Counted from the stretch's first letter, positions 16,203 through 26,006 are shown. The stretch is 64,000 nucleotides of DNA from an uncultured Anaerolineales bacterium (GCA_964646625.1 CAZYHC010000009.1:48958-112957); one strand, 5' to 3'. Numbers and translations are program-made. The notes: generated by a model not told the origin, from the letters alone.

Positions 16203-16970
16203 TTGGACAGCCAGCACAGAACCTCAACAACTGTGGCCAAAGCCTTCGCCATTTTGGATATGCTCGCCTCCAATGGTGAAGGCGGCACCTCTCTTAAGGA
16301 GGTTTCCAGCCACCTCGGGACCTCCAAGAGTACAGCCCACCGTTACCTGACCACCCTTGAGAAACTGGCGGTGGTCGAGCGGGATGAGAAGGATCACTTT
16401 CGCCTGGGGCTGAAGCTGATCGAGCTGGCTGGGGCCTTCCTTAGCGATCACAATCTGCGCAACGTGAGCGACCCGTTTCTCAATGAAGTGGCGGCTCAGA
16501 CGCAGGAGACCGTACATCTGGCTGTTCCCTCGGTAAACGAAGTGGTGTACGTCGCTAAAGTGGACAGCCCCCATTCTGTCCGGATGGTGTCCCGCATCGG
16601 CGCCCGAATGCCGATGTATTGCACCGCGCTGGGCAAGGCTATCCTGGCTCACTACCCTTTCGATGGGGTGGAGGAGGTCATTGGCGAAGGCCTGCCGGCG
16701 CGAACCCCCTATACGATTACTTCACCGCAGGCTCTGCGCCTCGAACTGGAGCGGGTGCGTGCTCAGGGTTTCGCCACCGACGATCAGGAGAACGAGATGG
16801 GAGTGCGCTGTATCGGCGCCCCCCTCTTTGACTATACCCTCCAGGTGATCGGCGCGATCAGCGTGTCTGCGCCTGCCAACCGCATGAGCAAAGAGCGGAG
16901 CCTCGAGCTGGGCCCCCTGGTCAGAGACGCGGCCCTGGAAGTGTCCAGGAGAATGGGGTATCCTCGCTAA
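16203..16970 (+). CDS. IclR family transcriptional regulator
   Basis: VAKAFAILDMLAS...SLKEVSSHLGTSKSTAHRYLTTL HTH and an IclR-type effector domain. The start appears to be TTG. Confidence 0.85.
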   Translation: MDSQHRTSTTVAKAFAILDMLASNGEGGTSLKEVSSHLGTSKSTAHRYLTTLEKLAVVERDEKDHFRLGLKLIELAGAFLSDHNLRNVSDPFLNEVAAQTQETVHLAVPSVNEVVYVAKVDSPHSVRMVSRIGARMPMYCTALGKAILAHYPFDGVEEVIGEGLPARTPYTITSPQALRLELERVRAQGFATDDQENEMGVRCIGAPLFDYTLQVIGAISVSAPANRMSKERSLELGPLVRDAALEVSRRMGYPR

Positions 16971-17034
16971 AGAACGATCTGGCGTCGGTCAGCTTTGCTG
17001 GTGCGGAGCAGTCTTTAATTGTGGAGGAGAAGCC

Positions 17035-18486
17035 ATGAGGATGTTGATTGATAGCCAATGGGTGGAAGCCTCCGACGGCCATGGGCGAGAGATTCACAAC
17101 CCAGGCACCGGCGAGGTTATCGATAGAGTGCCGGTGGCAACCCTGCAAGATGCCCAGACCGCGTTGCAGGCGGCCCAACGGGGCAAGGAGGCCATGGGCA
17201 GGTTGCCGGCCCACGAGCGTGCAGCGATTTTGTTCCGCATCGCCGAGGCCATGGAGGCCCACCAGGCTGCTCTAAGCGAATTGCTGGCTCGAGAGAATGG
17301 CAAGCCCCTCCTGCAAACCCGCGAGGAGGTGGGGGCCGCGATCCGCATTGTCCGAGGGTTCGCCGAGGAGGCCAAGCGTATCTTCGGCCAGGTGGTGCCT
17401 ATGGACGCGGTGCCCGGCCAGGAGCGGCATTTCGCCGTAACCATCCGCCAGCCTTTGGGGGTGGTGGCGGCCATCGTGCCCTTCAACTATCCCGTAGAGC
17501 TGTGTGCTCACAAAGTGGCCCCGGCCTTGGCCGCGGGCAATGCCGTGATCGTGAAACCCCCCAGCGATTGCCCCCTGACTTTGCTCCAAATCGCCGCTTT
17601 GATGGAAGAAGCAGGACTGCCCCGGGCCGCCCACCAGGTGATCACCGGGCCGGGGGAATTGATCGGAGAGTTCCTGGCCCAGAGCCCGGGCATCCAGATG
17701 GTCACCGTGACGGGCAGCACGGAGGTGGGCATCAAGATCTCGCAACTGGCCGCCCAGCACCTCAAGAAGGTCCACCTGGAGTTGGGCGGCAACGATGCCA
17801 CCATCGTCTGCGCCGATGCCGATCTGGAGAAGGCCGCCGAAGCGATCGTGCTGGGCCGCCTGGCCCGCGGGAATGGTCAGATCTGTTGTGCCGTCAAGCG
17901 TATATTCGTGGACGCTACGGTCTACGACCGTTTCGCTGAAATCCTGACCGACAAGGCCAAGGCCCTTAAAGTAGGCGACCAGCTGGCGGAGGACACCGAC
18001 GTGGGGCCGCTGATCAATGAGCAGGCGGCCAGGAAGGTGGAGGCGGCCATCAACGACGCTGTCAGGGCCGGGGCAAAGCTGACGGCTGGAGGACGGCGGC
18101 GCAACGCCTTCGTCGAGCCCACCGTCCTGACTGACGTTCCCCCCCAGGTTGAGCTATTTCGCCAGGAAACCTTTGGGCCGGTCGCGCCCCTGGTGGCCTT
18201 TCAGGACGTAGACGAGGCCATTGAGATGGCCAACGATACCCCCTACGGCCTGCAAGCGGCGGTATTCACCCAGGATGTCTCGCGGGCCTTCGACATCGCC
18301 CACCGCCTGGAGGTGGGCGGGGTAATTGTCAATTGGTCCTCCGCCATCCGGGTGGAAAGCCTGCCCTTCGGGGGGATCAAGATGAGCGGCCACGGACGCG
18401 AAGGGCTGCACGATACCCTCAACGAGATGACCGAGCAGAAGATTATTCTGTTCCACGACGCTCTGTCGATATTCGCTCAGGAGTGA
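17035..18486 (+). CDS. NAD(P)-dependent aldehyde dehydrogenase
   Basis: FNYPV, VTGSTEVG, ELGGND, QICCAVKR (catalytic Cys) and EETFGP-like QETFGP motifs. Confidence 0.9.
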   Translation: MRMLIDSQWVEASDGHGREIHNPGTGEVIDRVPVATLQDAQTALQAAQRGKEAMGRLPAHERAAILFRIAEAMEAHQAALSELLARENGKPLLQTREEVGAAIRIVRGFAEEAKRIFGQVVPMDAVPGQERHFAVTIRQPLGVVAAIVPFNYPVELCAHKVAPALAAGNAVIVKPPSDCPLTLLQIAALMEEAGLPRAAHQVITGPGELIGEFLAQSPGIQMVTVTGSTEVGIKISQLAAQHLKKVHLELGGNDATIVCADADLEKAAEAIVLGRLARGNGQICCAVKRIFVDATVYDRFAEILTDKAKALKVGDQLAEDTDVGPLINEQAARKVEAAINDAVRAGAKLTAGGRRRNAFVEPTVLTDVPPQVELFRQETFGPVAPLVAFQDVDEAIEMANDTPYGLQAAVFTQDVSRAFDIAHRLEVGGVIVNWSSAIRVESLPFGGIKMSGHGREGLHDTLNEMTEQKIILFHDALSIFAQE

Positions 18487-18532
18487 GTAGTACTCCACAG
18501 ATTTTGCTAGCTTGTCGTTGTTGAAGCAGAAG

Positions 18533-18552
18533 AACAGCGAACGTTCGTTGTT
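18533..18552. promoter_or_regulatory. LacI/RbsR-type palindromic operator candidate
   Basis: AACAGCGAAC|GTTCGTTGTT is a 20-bp palindrome with one mismatch, 52 nt upstream of the CUT2 ATPase gene. Its core AGCGAA-CG-TTCGTT resembles known RbsR-type sites. Confidence 0.45.
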
Positions 18553-18603
18553 GAAGTCGCCACTACGAACCCATCGTGATCGCTGTGGTGAGGTAGTAGG
18601 CTA

Positions 18604-20103
18604 ATGAGAAATTTGGATGCCCTCCAGATGCGGGGCATTAGTAAGAGCTATGATGGGACGCGGGCCCTGCGTGCAGTGGATTTCTCCGCCACTATTGGCG
18701 AGGTGCACGCCATCGTCGGGGAAAACGGGGCGGGGAAAACCACGCTGGTGAAGATTCTGGCCGGGGCCCTGCCGCGGGACGCAGGGGCAATCCTGTTAGA
18801 CGGCCAGCCGGTGGAACTGGGCACGCCGCTGCGGGCGCGGCGGCTGGGGATCCGCGCCGTGCACCAGGAGTTCAGCCTGGTGCCTCACCTGACCGTCACC
18901 GAGAACGTCCTGATGGGCCAGATGCCTACTGGGAGACTCCCGTGGTGGGTCGATTGGCCCAGGGCGCATCGCCGGGCGGAGGAGATCCTGGAGGAGATCG
19001 GCTTTACCGGCCTCGACGTGCGGACGCCCGTCTCCCGGCTGAGCGTCTCCCACCAGCAAATGGTGGAGATCGCCAAGGCCGTGGCCGAAAGGCCGCGCAT
19101 CCTGATCCTGGATGAGCCTTCGGCGGTGCTCTCCCAGGAAGAGTTGAAGCACCTTTTCGCCCTGATTCAAACCCTCAAGAAGGAGTCCACGCTGATCCTG
19201 TACATTTCCCACCGGCTGGACGAAGTGTTTGAAGTGGCCGATCGGATCACCGTGCTCAAGGATGGGGAGTTGGTGGGTACAGTGCGCCCCCAGGAGGCGG
19301 ATCAGGCTCAGTTGATCAAGATGATGGTGGGGCGCACCCTGGGCGAAATCTATCCCCGCCGACACACCCCGCCGGGCGAAGAGATTTTGACGGTGACAGG
19401 GTTAAGCCGAGAGGGCTCCTTCGCCGATATCTCCTTCTCCCTGGCCCGCGGCGAGGTCCTGGGGCTGTTCGGGCTGGTGGGCAGCGGCCGCACCCAGGTG
19501 GCAAGGTGTATCTTCGGCGCCGAGCTACCCACCTCCGGAGAAATCCGCCTGGAGGGAAAGGCGATCAGGCCAAAATCGCCGCACGACGCCGTGCAGGCAG
19601 GTCTGGCCCTTCTGACCGAGGACCGCAAGCGGGACGGCCTGGTGCTGAGTTGCTCGATTCGCGACAATGTAAGCCTGGCTACCATGCAGCACCTGAGCCG
19701 CTGGGTACTCCTGGACCGGGGGCAACAGGACGCTCAGGTGCAGGCCGAGGTGGAGGAGTTGGATATCCGTCCGCCCCAGATCGGACGGCTGGTGCGGCAA
19801 CTCAGCGGGGGAAATCAGCAGAAGGTGGCCCTGGCCAAGTGGCTCCTTTCCCAGGCCAAAGTGCTGATCCTGGATGAGCCGACGCGAGGGGTGGACGTGG
19901 CCACCAAGGTCGAGCTTTACCACATCGTAGGTGACCTGGCCGATAGAGGGGTGGGGATTCTCCTCATTTCCTCCGAACTGCTGGAGATTCTGGGCCTGAG
20001 CGACAGGGCGTTGGTGATGCGGGAAGGTCGCCTGGTTGGAGAGTTCACAAGGGCGCAGGCCAGCGAGGAAAGCCTGCTGGCCTGTGCCGCGGGAGTGATC
20101 TGA
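18604..20103 (+). CDS. Sugar ABC transporter ATP-binding protein, two ABC domains (RbsA-like, CUT2)
   Basis: GENGAGKTT, LSVSHQQ, ILILDEP, then a second cassette with LSGGNQQK and LILDEPTRG. Confidence 0.9.
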   Translation: MRNLDALQMRGISKSYDGTRALRAVDFSATIGEVHAIVGENGAGKTTLVKILAGALPRDAGAILLDGQPVELGTPLRARRLGIRAVHQEFSLVPHLTVTENVLMGQMPTGRLPWWVDWPRAHRRAEEILEEIGFTGLDVRTPVSRLSVSHQQMVEIAKAVAERPRILILDEPSAVLSQEELKHLFALIQTLKKESTLILYISHRLDEVFEVADRITVLKDGELVGTVRPQEADQAQLIKMMVGRTLGEIYPRRHTPPGEEILTVTGLSREGSFADISFSLARGEVLGLFGLVGSGRTQVARCIFGAELPTSGEIRLEGKAIRPKSPHDAVQAGLALLTEDRKRDGLVLSCSIRDNVSLATMQHLSRWVLLDRGQQDAQVQAEVEELDIRPPQIGRLVRQLSGGNQQKVALAKWLLSQAKVLILDEPTRGVDVATKVELYHIVGDLADRGVGILLISSELLEILGLSDRALVMREGRLVGEFTRAQASEESLLACAAGVI

Positions 20104-21119
20104 TGGGAGATTCGATGCAAACTTCATCCAGTTCTTCTGGTGGGCGGGAGGGACAGGCGCGGGCCTTCTTGCCTGCTCAGGTCGGCAGGTGGTTTGGGGA
20201 AGAGACGCGCCGCCGGTGGGCGGACTACATCTTCATGGTGGCTTTTGTCGTCCTGATGCTGATCGCCGCTTCAGCTTCGGACGTTTTCTTCACGCCGCGG
20301 AATCTTCTCAATCTCTCCCGCCAGATCGTGACCAATGGCCTGATCAGCTTCGGGATGCTGGTGGTGATCCTGACCGGCGGCATCGATCTTTCGGTGGGGC
20401 CGATTTTAGCCCTGGCCGGGATTCTGGTTGCCGGCCTGACGGATCAGATTGGTCTTCCCCTGGCCGTCCTTATCGGCCTGGTCGTCGGCGTGCTGGCGGG
20501 GGCACTTAACGGCCTTCTGGTGGCCCGCTTCAAGCTGCCGCCGTTCATCGTTACGTTAGCCACCATGAGCGCCTTCCGGGGTATCACCTATGTTTACTCA
20601 GAAGTTCCGCAGGTGCCCGAGAACCCTGCCTTCCGCAAGTTCCTGGGGGGCGGCTTCATTGGCCCGGTGCCGATCGCGGTAATCATTTTGCTGGCCTGTT
20701 TCCCCCTGGTCTGGGTGTTCCTGAACCGCACTACTGTAGGGCGGGCCATTGTGGCCATTGGGGGTAATGAGGAGGCGGTCAGGCTGGCAGGCATTAACGT
20801 GACCAGGCATATCATGCTGGCCTACGTCATCTCCGGTCTGTTCGCTGGTATAGCCGGGGTGCTCCTGGCCTCCCGCCTGGGGATCGCCCAGCCCAGTGTA
20901 GGGGTGGGCTACGAACTGGACGCCATCGCCGCGGTGGTCATTGGCGGGGGCATCCTGGGCGGCGGCGGCGGGGGCGCGATCGGGACGTTCGGGGGGGTGC
21001 TCGTTTTGGGGTTGATCGACAATCTCTTGAATCTGTTCAACGTGCAATCCTATTACCAGCAGATTTTCAAGGGACTGATCATCGTGTTTGCTGTACTGGC
21101 CCGGCGGAAGGAGCAATAG
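20103..21119 (+). CDS. Sugar ABC transporter permease (RbsC-like)
   Basis: BPD_transp_2-type hydrophobic profile with GGIDLSVGP and a glycine-rich C-terminal TM. The start overlaps the ATPase stop by 1 nt. Confidence 0.9.
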   Translation: MGDSMQTSSSSSGGREGQARAFLPAQVGRWFGEETRRRWADYIFMVAFVVLMLIAASASDVFFTPRNLLNLSRQIVTNGLISFGMLVVILTGGIDLSVGPILALAGILVAGLTDQIGLPLAVLIGLVVGVLAGALNGLLVARFKLPPFIVTLATMSAFRGITYVYSEVPQVPENPAFRKFLGGGFIGPVPIAVIILLACFPLVWVFLNRTTVGRAIVAIGGNEEAVRLAGINVTRHIMLAYVISGLFAGIAGVLLASRLGIAQPSVGVGYELDAIAAVVIGGGILGGGGGGAIGTFGGVLVLGLIDNLLNLFNVQSYYQQIFKGLIIVFAVLARRKEQ

Positions 21120-21242
21120 GCCGAACATCCTTCCCCTGCTCTAAGGGATGGGATGAAGAAAGGAGGTGGTCAGGCAGACAGGAAATTCAGGCTCATAAAG
21201 ACGATGGAAATTTGACTATCAACTAAAGGAGGAGGTCAACCA

Positions 21243-22196
21243 ATGAAACGCATATTGGCTTTGAGTGTTATCTTAGCGGTGCTCCTGGTGGCTGTCGGGG
21301 CCCCCACTGTCGCTTCCCAGGAGGCGGGCCCCATCCGCATCGGCATGGTCAACTTCACCCTGTGCTGCTCCTACTTCATCGGCATGTCCGAGGCGGTGGA
21401 GCAAGAGGCCGCCTTCTACGGCAACATCGAGATGATCGTGACCGATGCCGGCGGCGATGTCGAGAAGCTGACCTCGGACGTCGAGGACGTGCTGGCTCAG
21501 AATGTGGATGGGATCATCATCAGCGCTGGCCCGATTGAAGCCCTCCCGGCCGGCCTGGATGCCATCGAAGAGGCCGGCGTGCCGGTGGTGCTGGTGGACA
21601 GGCTGTTGAAAGGCGGCGAGTACACCAGTTGGATAGGCCCTAACAACTACCAGATTGGGGTGCAGGATGGGCAGTACATCTCAGAGCGGCTGGCTGGTGA
21701 AGGCTTACTGGCAGTGCTGCGCGGCGGCCCGGCGGACAACACCATCGGCCTGGATCGCACCAACGGCATGCTCTCCGAAGTGGAGAAAACTAACATTGTG
21801 GTAGAGATGGCCCCGGATTTCGGGGGCTGGAGCGAGGACGGCGGGTTCACCCTCATGGAGGACATGCTGGCCCGCTTCGACAAGATCGACGTCGTCTTCT
21901 GCGAGAACGACTCCATGTGCCTGGGGGCGCAGAAAGCCATCGAGGACGCGGGCCGCACCGACGAGATGTTCTTGTGCGGCGTAGACGGCCAGAAAGAGGC
22001 CCTGGTGGCAATTATGGAAGGCACCAACTACGCCTGCACCGGCAAGAATGACTCCGACGAGATCGGACGGGCCGGGTTCCACCGCCTGATGGCCATCCTG
22101 GCAGGAGCGGCCCCGGAGAAGGACACCGTCTTGCCCTCGCCGCTCATCATCATCGACAACGTCTGTCAGCACTACGACCCGGACAGCGTTTTCTAA
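21243..22196 (+). CDS. Sugar ABC transporter periplasmic binding protein (RbsB-like)
   Basis: Signal peptide, then a Peripla_BP_4-like sequence (VDGIIIS, VVLVDR, FCENDSMCLGA). Confidence 0.85.
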   Translation: MKRILALSVILAVLLVAVGAPTVASQEAGPIRIGMVNFTLCCSYFIGMSEAVEQEAAFYGNIEMIVTDAGGDVEKLTSDVEDVLAQNVDGIIISAGPIEALPAGLDAIEEAGVPVVLVDRLLKGGEYTSWIGPNNYQIGVQDGQYISERLAGEGLLAVLRGGPADNTIGLDRTNGMLSEVEKTNIVVEMAPDFGGWSEDGGFTLMEDMLARFDKIDVVFCENDSMCLGAQKAIEDAGRTDEMFLCGVDGQKEALVAIMEGTNYACTGKNDSDEIGRAGFHRLMAILAGAAPEKDTVLPSPLIIIDNVCQHYDPDSVF

Positions 22197-22523
22197 GGCC
22201 GGGCGGCCAGCAGGTGGCTAGAGTATAGACGCTCGCTGAGCGCTGGAAAGCAGGTGGCCTCCCAGGGTTCAATGGCGCAGGAAGGGTCTTCCCTGGGGGG
22301 CCACCGGGTTCCAGTTGAGCCAGAACTCGGTGGCAGGGCCAGACGAGCCGGTAACTGGTTACGTCTATGCCTGCCGCGAAGTCAAATCTGCGATTCCCAC
22401 CAGCTTTATCTCCCGCGAGGAGTTGGGACGGCTGGTACAAATGCAGGCTCAATATTTACCGGCAGCGCTTTCTACCCGGTATCCCGCTGATGGGGGTCGC
22501 CCTGTATCGACGGAGATCGTGCT

Positions 22524-23447
22524 ATGGCAGAAAGAAAAGTCTCCAGTAGCCGGGCATCTTTTGCCTGGCTCAATATCGCCTCTGAAACCCGTCTCAAGTA
22601 TCTGTTGCTTGCGCCCTGTATCCTGTATCTCCTGGGCATAGGAGTTTTCCCCCTTCTTTATTCAGCCCGCCTGCTTTTTTACGACTGGAATATAAGCGCC
22701 CGCCGGGGCCAGGTCTTTGTGGGGCTCGGGAACTTTGTGAGACTGGCTGAGGACAGAATGTTCCGGGACACTTTGAGCAACACGGTTATCTTTGTGGTGG
22801 CGGCCGTCAGCCTGGAGTTTGTGCTCGGTTTTGGGCTGGCTCTGCTCCTCAACCGCCAGATCAAGGGGCAGGGCATCTTCCGCATAATCTTTCTCATGCC
22901 CATGATGGCTTCTCCGGTGGCCGTGGGCTATACCTGGCGGATGCTTTATCATGTGGCCAATGGCCCTTTGAATCACTTCCTGAGCCTGGTGGGGTTACCC
23001 CCTGCTTTCTGGACGAGCGATATTTCTACCGCCTTGCCTTCTGTGATTCTGATCGACGTCTGGCAGTGGACCCCCTTTGTGTTCGTTATCTTGCTGGCCG
23101 GGCTCCAATCGCTGCCCAGGGAGCCTTACGAGGCGGCCATTGTGGACGGCGCCAATAGCTGGCAGATTTTCAGGTACATCACCATCCCTTTGCTGAGTCC
23201 GGTTATGGCGCTGGCCGTCTTGCTGAGAGCGGTTGAGGCGGTCAAGATTTTCGATGTCATTTTCGTTACTACGGCCGGTGGCCCTGGCAGCGCCACCGAA
23301 ACCGTCACCATGTACGCCCGCATGGTGGGGATGAAACAGTTCAACCTGGGCTACGGTTCGACGGTTTCTTATACTTTGCTCATCGTGTCGATTATCATTT
23401 TCACCTTTCTGATCCGCTTCCTGCGCCGTGAACGGGAATTTGAGTGA
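22524..23447 (+). CDS. ABC sugar transporter permease (CUT1, MalF-like)
   Basis: EAA loop EAAIVDGANSWQIFRYITIP. Confidence 0.9.
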   Translation: MAERKVSSSRASFAWLNIASETRLKYLLLAPCILYLLGIGVFPLLYSARLLFYDWNISARRGQVFVGLGNFVRLAEDRMFRDTLSNTVIFVVAAVSLEFVLGFGLALLLNRQIKGQGIFRIIFLMPMMASPVAVGYTWRMLYHVANGPLNHFLSLVGLPPAFWTSDISTALPSVILIDVWQWTPFVFVILLAGLQSLPREPYEAAIVDGANSWQIFRYITIPLLSPVMALAVLLRAVEAVKIFDVIFVTTAGGPGSATETVTMYARMVGMKQFNLGYGSTVSYTLLIVSIIIFTFLIRFLRREREFE

Positions 23448-23469
23448 GAAGAGTGGAGGGCTGAGGGCA

Positions 23470-24360
23470 ATGGCAAAAGCGATCAGACGGCGATTGAGCA
23501 CTATCTTGCTCTACATCGTGCTGGTGATTATTTCGGTGATCATGCTTTTCCCTATTTATTGGACCTTCATCACCGCCTTCAAGGAGCCTAAAGACGTCAT
23601 AACCAATCCACCCAAGTATATACCGTTTATTGATTATCAACCCAGCCTGTATGCCTGGGAAGAGTTGGGGTTTGTGGCTGGCTCTGGCGAGGAGTATCGC
23701 ACCACGCCCCACAGCGCGGAGGAAATCCTGGGGGTGGCGACGAACAGCGCCATCGCCGCTGTAGGGAGCACCTTGCTTTCTTTGATTATCGGCTGCCCGG
23801 CGGCTTACAGCCTGGCCCGCTTCCGCTTCCGGCGCTGGAAAAACAGGGACATCGCTTTCTTCATCCTGTCGCAGCGGATGTTGCCGCCTATCGTCCTGGT
23901 GATCCCCTTTTTCATTCTGTTCAGAACTTTCAACCTTCTGGATACGCTGCCGGCCGTCATCCTGGCCCATAGCGTGGGCAGCATCCCTTTTGTGGTCTGG
24001 ATCATGCGCGAATTCTTCCTGGACATCCCCAAAGAACTGGAGGACAGCGCCCGCATAGACGGTTGTTCCTACCTGGGCGCTTTCCTGCGGGTGGTGTTGC
24101 CGCTTTCTACCCCCGGCATGGTGGCGGCCAGCGTGTTCACCCTCATCTTCTCCTGGAATGAGTTCCTGTTCGCCCTGACCCTCACTTTCAGCAAAGCCAG
24201 GACCATTCCCGTCCTGCTGGCCGGCCTGACGCACGGCGGCGCACCGCTGTGGTGGGACCTGTCAGCCATGCTGCTCATCGCCATCGTGCCGGTGATCGTG
24301 TTCACCCTGTTCATCCAGCGGTACATTATTTCGGGCCTGACCTTGGGGGCGCTGAAATAG
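23470..24360 (+). CDS. ABC sugar transporter permease (CUT1, MalG-like)
   Basis: EAA loop DSARIDGCSYLGAFLRVVLP. ATG 23470 was chosen (GAGTGGAGGG RBS, no overlap) over ORF-track start 23428. Confidence 0.9.
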   Translation: MAKAIRRRLSTILLYIVLVIISVIMLFPIYWTFITAFKEPKDVITNPPKYIPFIDYQPSLYAWEELGFVAGSGEEYRTTPHSAEEILGVATNSAIAAVGSTLLSLIIGCPAAYSLARFRFRRWKNRDIAFFILSQRMLPPIVLVIPFFILFRTFNLLDTLPAVILAHSVGSIPFVVWIMREFFLDIPKELEDSARIDGCSYLGAFLRVVLPLSTPGMVAASVFTLIFSWNEFLFALTLTFSKARTIPVLLAGLTHGGAPLWWDLSAMLLIAIVPVIVFTLFIQRYIISGLTLGALK

Positions 24361-24391
24361 ATTCGCCTGCAAGTATGACGGAGGGATTAAT

Positions 24392-24784
24392 ATGGGCAAA
24401 GTGATTGAGAAGGTCAAGCTGACGAACCTCTTTGACCCTACAAAGTGGGCTGAGGTTGAAGCAGTCATTGATACTGGAGCAACGATGCTTGTCTTACCTC
24501 AATCTGTTGTAGATGAACTTGGGCTGAAGAAAATAGGGGATAGGAAAGTAAAATATGCAAATAACCAGACTCAGGTGAAACCAGTTTACAGAGGTGTTAT
24601 CTTGGGCATTAAAGGGAGAGATGGCATTTTCGACGTATTGGCAGAAGTTGAGGGTTCAGAACCCCTGGTTGGTCAGATAGTCTTAGAGGCTTTAGACCTC
24701 GTTGTCGATCTGACCACGAAGACAATTGCACCCAATCCAAGATCCCCAGATATGCCTATGGTTGAAATACTCATGGCAAGGTGA
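24392..24784 (+). CDS. Retropepsin-like (clan AA) aspartic protease
   Basis: AVIDTGATMLVLP catalytic D-T-G-A motif, about 130 aa, in a low-GC island. Confidence 0.7.
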   Translation: MGKVIEKVKLTNLFDPTKWAEVEAVIDTGATMLVLPQSVVDELGLKKIGDRKVKYANNQTQVKPVYRGVILGIKGRDGIFDVLAEVEGSEPLVGQIVLEALDLVVDLTTKTIAPNPRSPDMPMVEILMAR

Positions 24785-24892
24785 TAGGTTTCGTGATATG
24801 GAACCGTATCTGGACGGGGCAATCTTCACAGACAGAACTGAACAAGTTGTGTGCAATTGGACTTTGGCGAGAAAGATAAGGAGACTAGACAG

Positions 24893-25273
24893 ATGACCGA
24901 AGGAGCGAGAAAAGAGCTATCGGAAATAATAGACGCAATAGCCGACCTGGCTAGAAAAAGCCACGAAATCCGAAAAGAAGAAATGAAGATACGGGACAGA
25001 ACCAGCGTGATCCGTGCCAAACTCCTCATAGATATTGCGACGGCTAAAGACGAAAGGGGGAAGCCGATATACTCAAACCAACATCTGAGGGAAGCTGCAC
25101 TGACTTTGGGACTGGACGAGAATGAAGAGTATAAGAGATTGAGAGAAAGATTGCGGGAACTGGATGACGAAGATCGAGTTTTAGCCATCGAGCATAGAAG
25201 ATTGCTAGACCGAAGGACGCTTCTGATGATAGAGATGGGCTTGGAAAGCCCGCCTTTGTCCGACGACGCATGA
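24893..25273 (+). CDS. Hypothetical coiled-coil protein
   Basis: E/K/R/L-rich heptad-like sequence. AAGGAG lies 7 nt before ATG 24893. The antisense ORF 24826..25398 is Ser/Leu-rich, as expected for a shadow ORF. Confidence 0.5.
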   Translation: MTEGARKELSEIIDAIADLARKSHEIRKEEMKIRDRTSVIRAKLLIDIATAKDERGKPIYSNQHLREAALTLGLDENEEYKRLRERLRELDDEDRVLAIEHRRLLDRRTLLMIEMGLESPPLSDDA

Positions 25274-25429
25274 CGGCAAGTTAGCTTCGCCAAATCGCGC
25301 CCGCTTTGGTCGCGTGACTTTGGCGGTCCGTGCCCGTTAGCCACCATTGGCCGCTCAAAACAGCAGAGGTGCTGTACGAGAAAAGGTGGCAGAAGCAACG
25401 CAGGCTAAGTGAGGAAAGAGAGGTTAAGG

Positions 25430-25660
25430 ATGAATAGCCGATTAACCAGTGAGTTGCTTGCCTTTGAAGCCGATCACGTATGGGTAAGCGAAAATCTGGA
25501 AACGCTTCTGGAGGAGTATGCCGATCAGTGGATCGCTGTCAAGGATAAAAAAGTGATTGCCAGTGATCCCGCTCTGGCAGGACTGCTATCGAAGCTGTCA
25601 GAACCGGCCCACACATGTGTTGAATTCATTACCCGTGAACCTTTAGAGATGGTGCTATGA
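25430..25660 (+). CDS. DUF5678-like small protein
   Basis: LLEEYADQWIAVKDKKVIASDPALAGLL pattern is typical of this family (from memory). ATGA overlap with the next ORF. Confidence 0.55.
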   Translation: MNSRLTSELLAFEADHVWVSENLETLLEEYADQWIAVKDKKVIASDPALAGLLSKLSEPAHTCVEFITREPLEMVL

Positions 25661-25830
25661 TCGTTCGAGGCCGTTTCATCGGAGATGCACCGTATCTTGC
25701 CGTTCATCTTCGGTCGGCACACTTTCAAGGATTGGTCTGGCTCTTAGCCGATACAGGTTTGCTTCTCATGCGATTATCAGGCTGGGAGCGTACAGCTAGA
25801 GAGGTGATAAAGCAGACTGGCTTTGGCTAA
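25657..25830 (+). pseudogene. Truncated retropepsin-like protease (N-terminal 57 codons)
   Basis: MIVRGRFIGDAPYLAVHL...VWLLADTGLL reaches the D-T-G motif, then diverges and stops. It is below the ORF-track size cut-off. Confidence 0.5.
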
Positions 25831-26006
25831 CACGGTGTTTGTGGGAAGCTACCTAATTACATAGGTAGGCCCTGGGGGAAGGAGGTGATGTGCAGGCGAG
25901 AGAAAAGAAGGCAGGCCAATCTTCTGGCCTACAGGCGTAGCGTAGCAGCATAGCATCGTGGCATTGAGTAAACTATACTTACTATTTACCAAAGGAGGTA
26001 AGAGAG

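Noticed and set aside
22315-22641. 108-aa ORF in the long gap before the second CUT1 permease gene.
   Set aside because: There is no RBS and no recognisable motif, and its end overlaps the permease start in another frame. I kept the gap only as a low-interest finding.
24826-25398. 190-aa minus-strand ORF covering the coiled-coil gene.
   Set aside because: It is Ser/Leu/Phe-rich, as expected for the reverse complement of a Glu/Lys/Arg-rich coiled coil. The plus-strand ORF has an AAGGAG RBS at the correct spacing.
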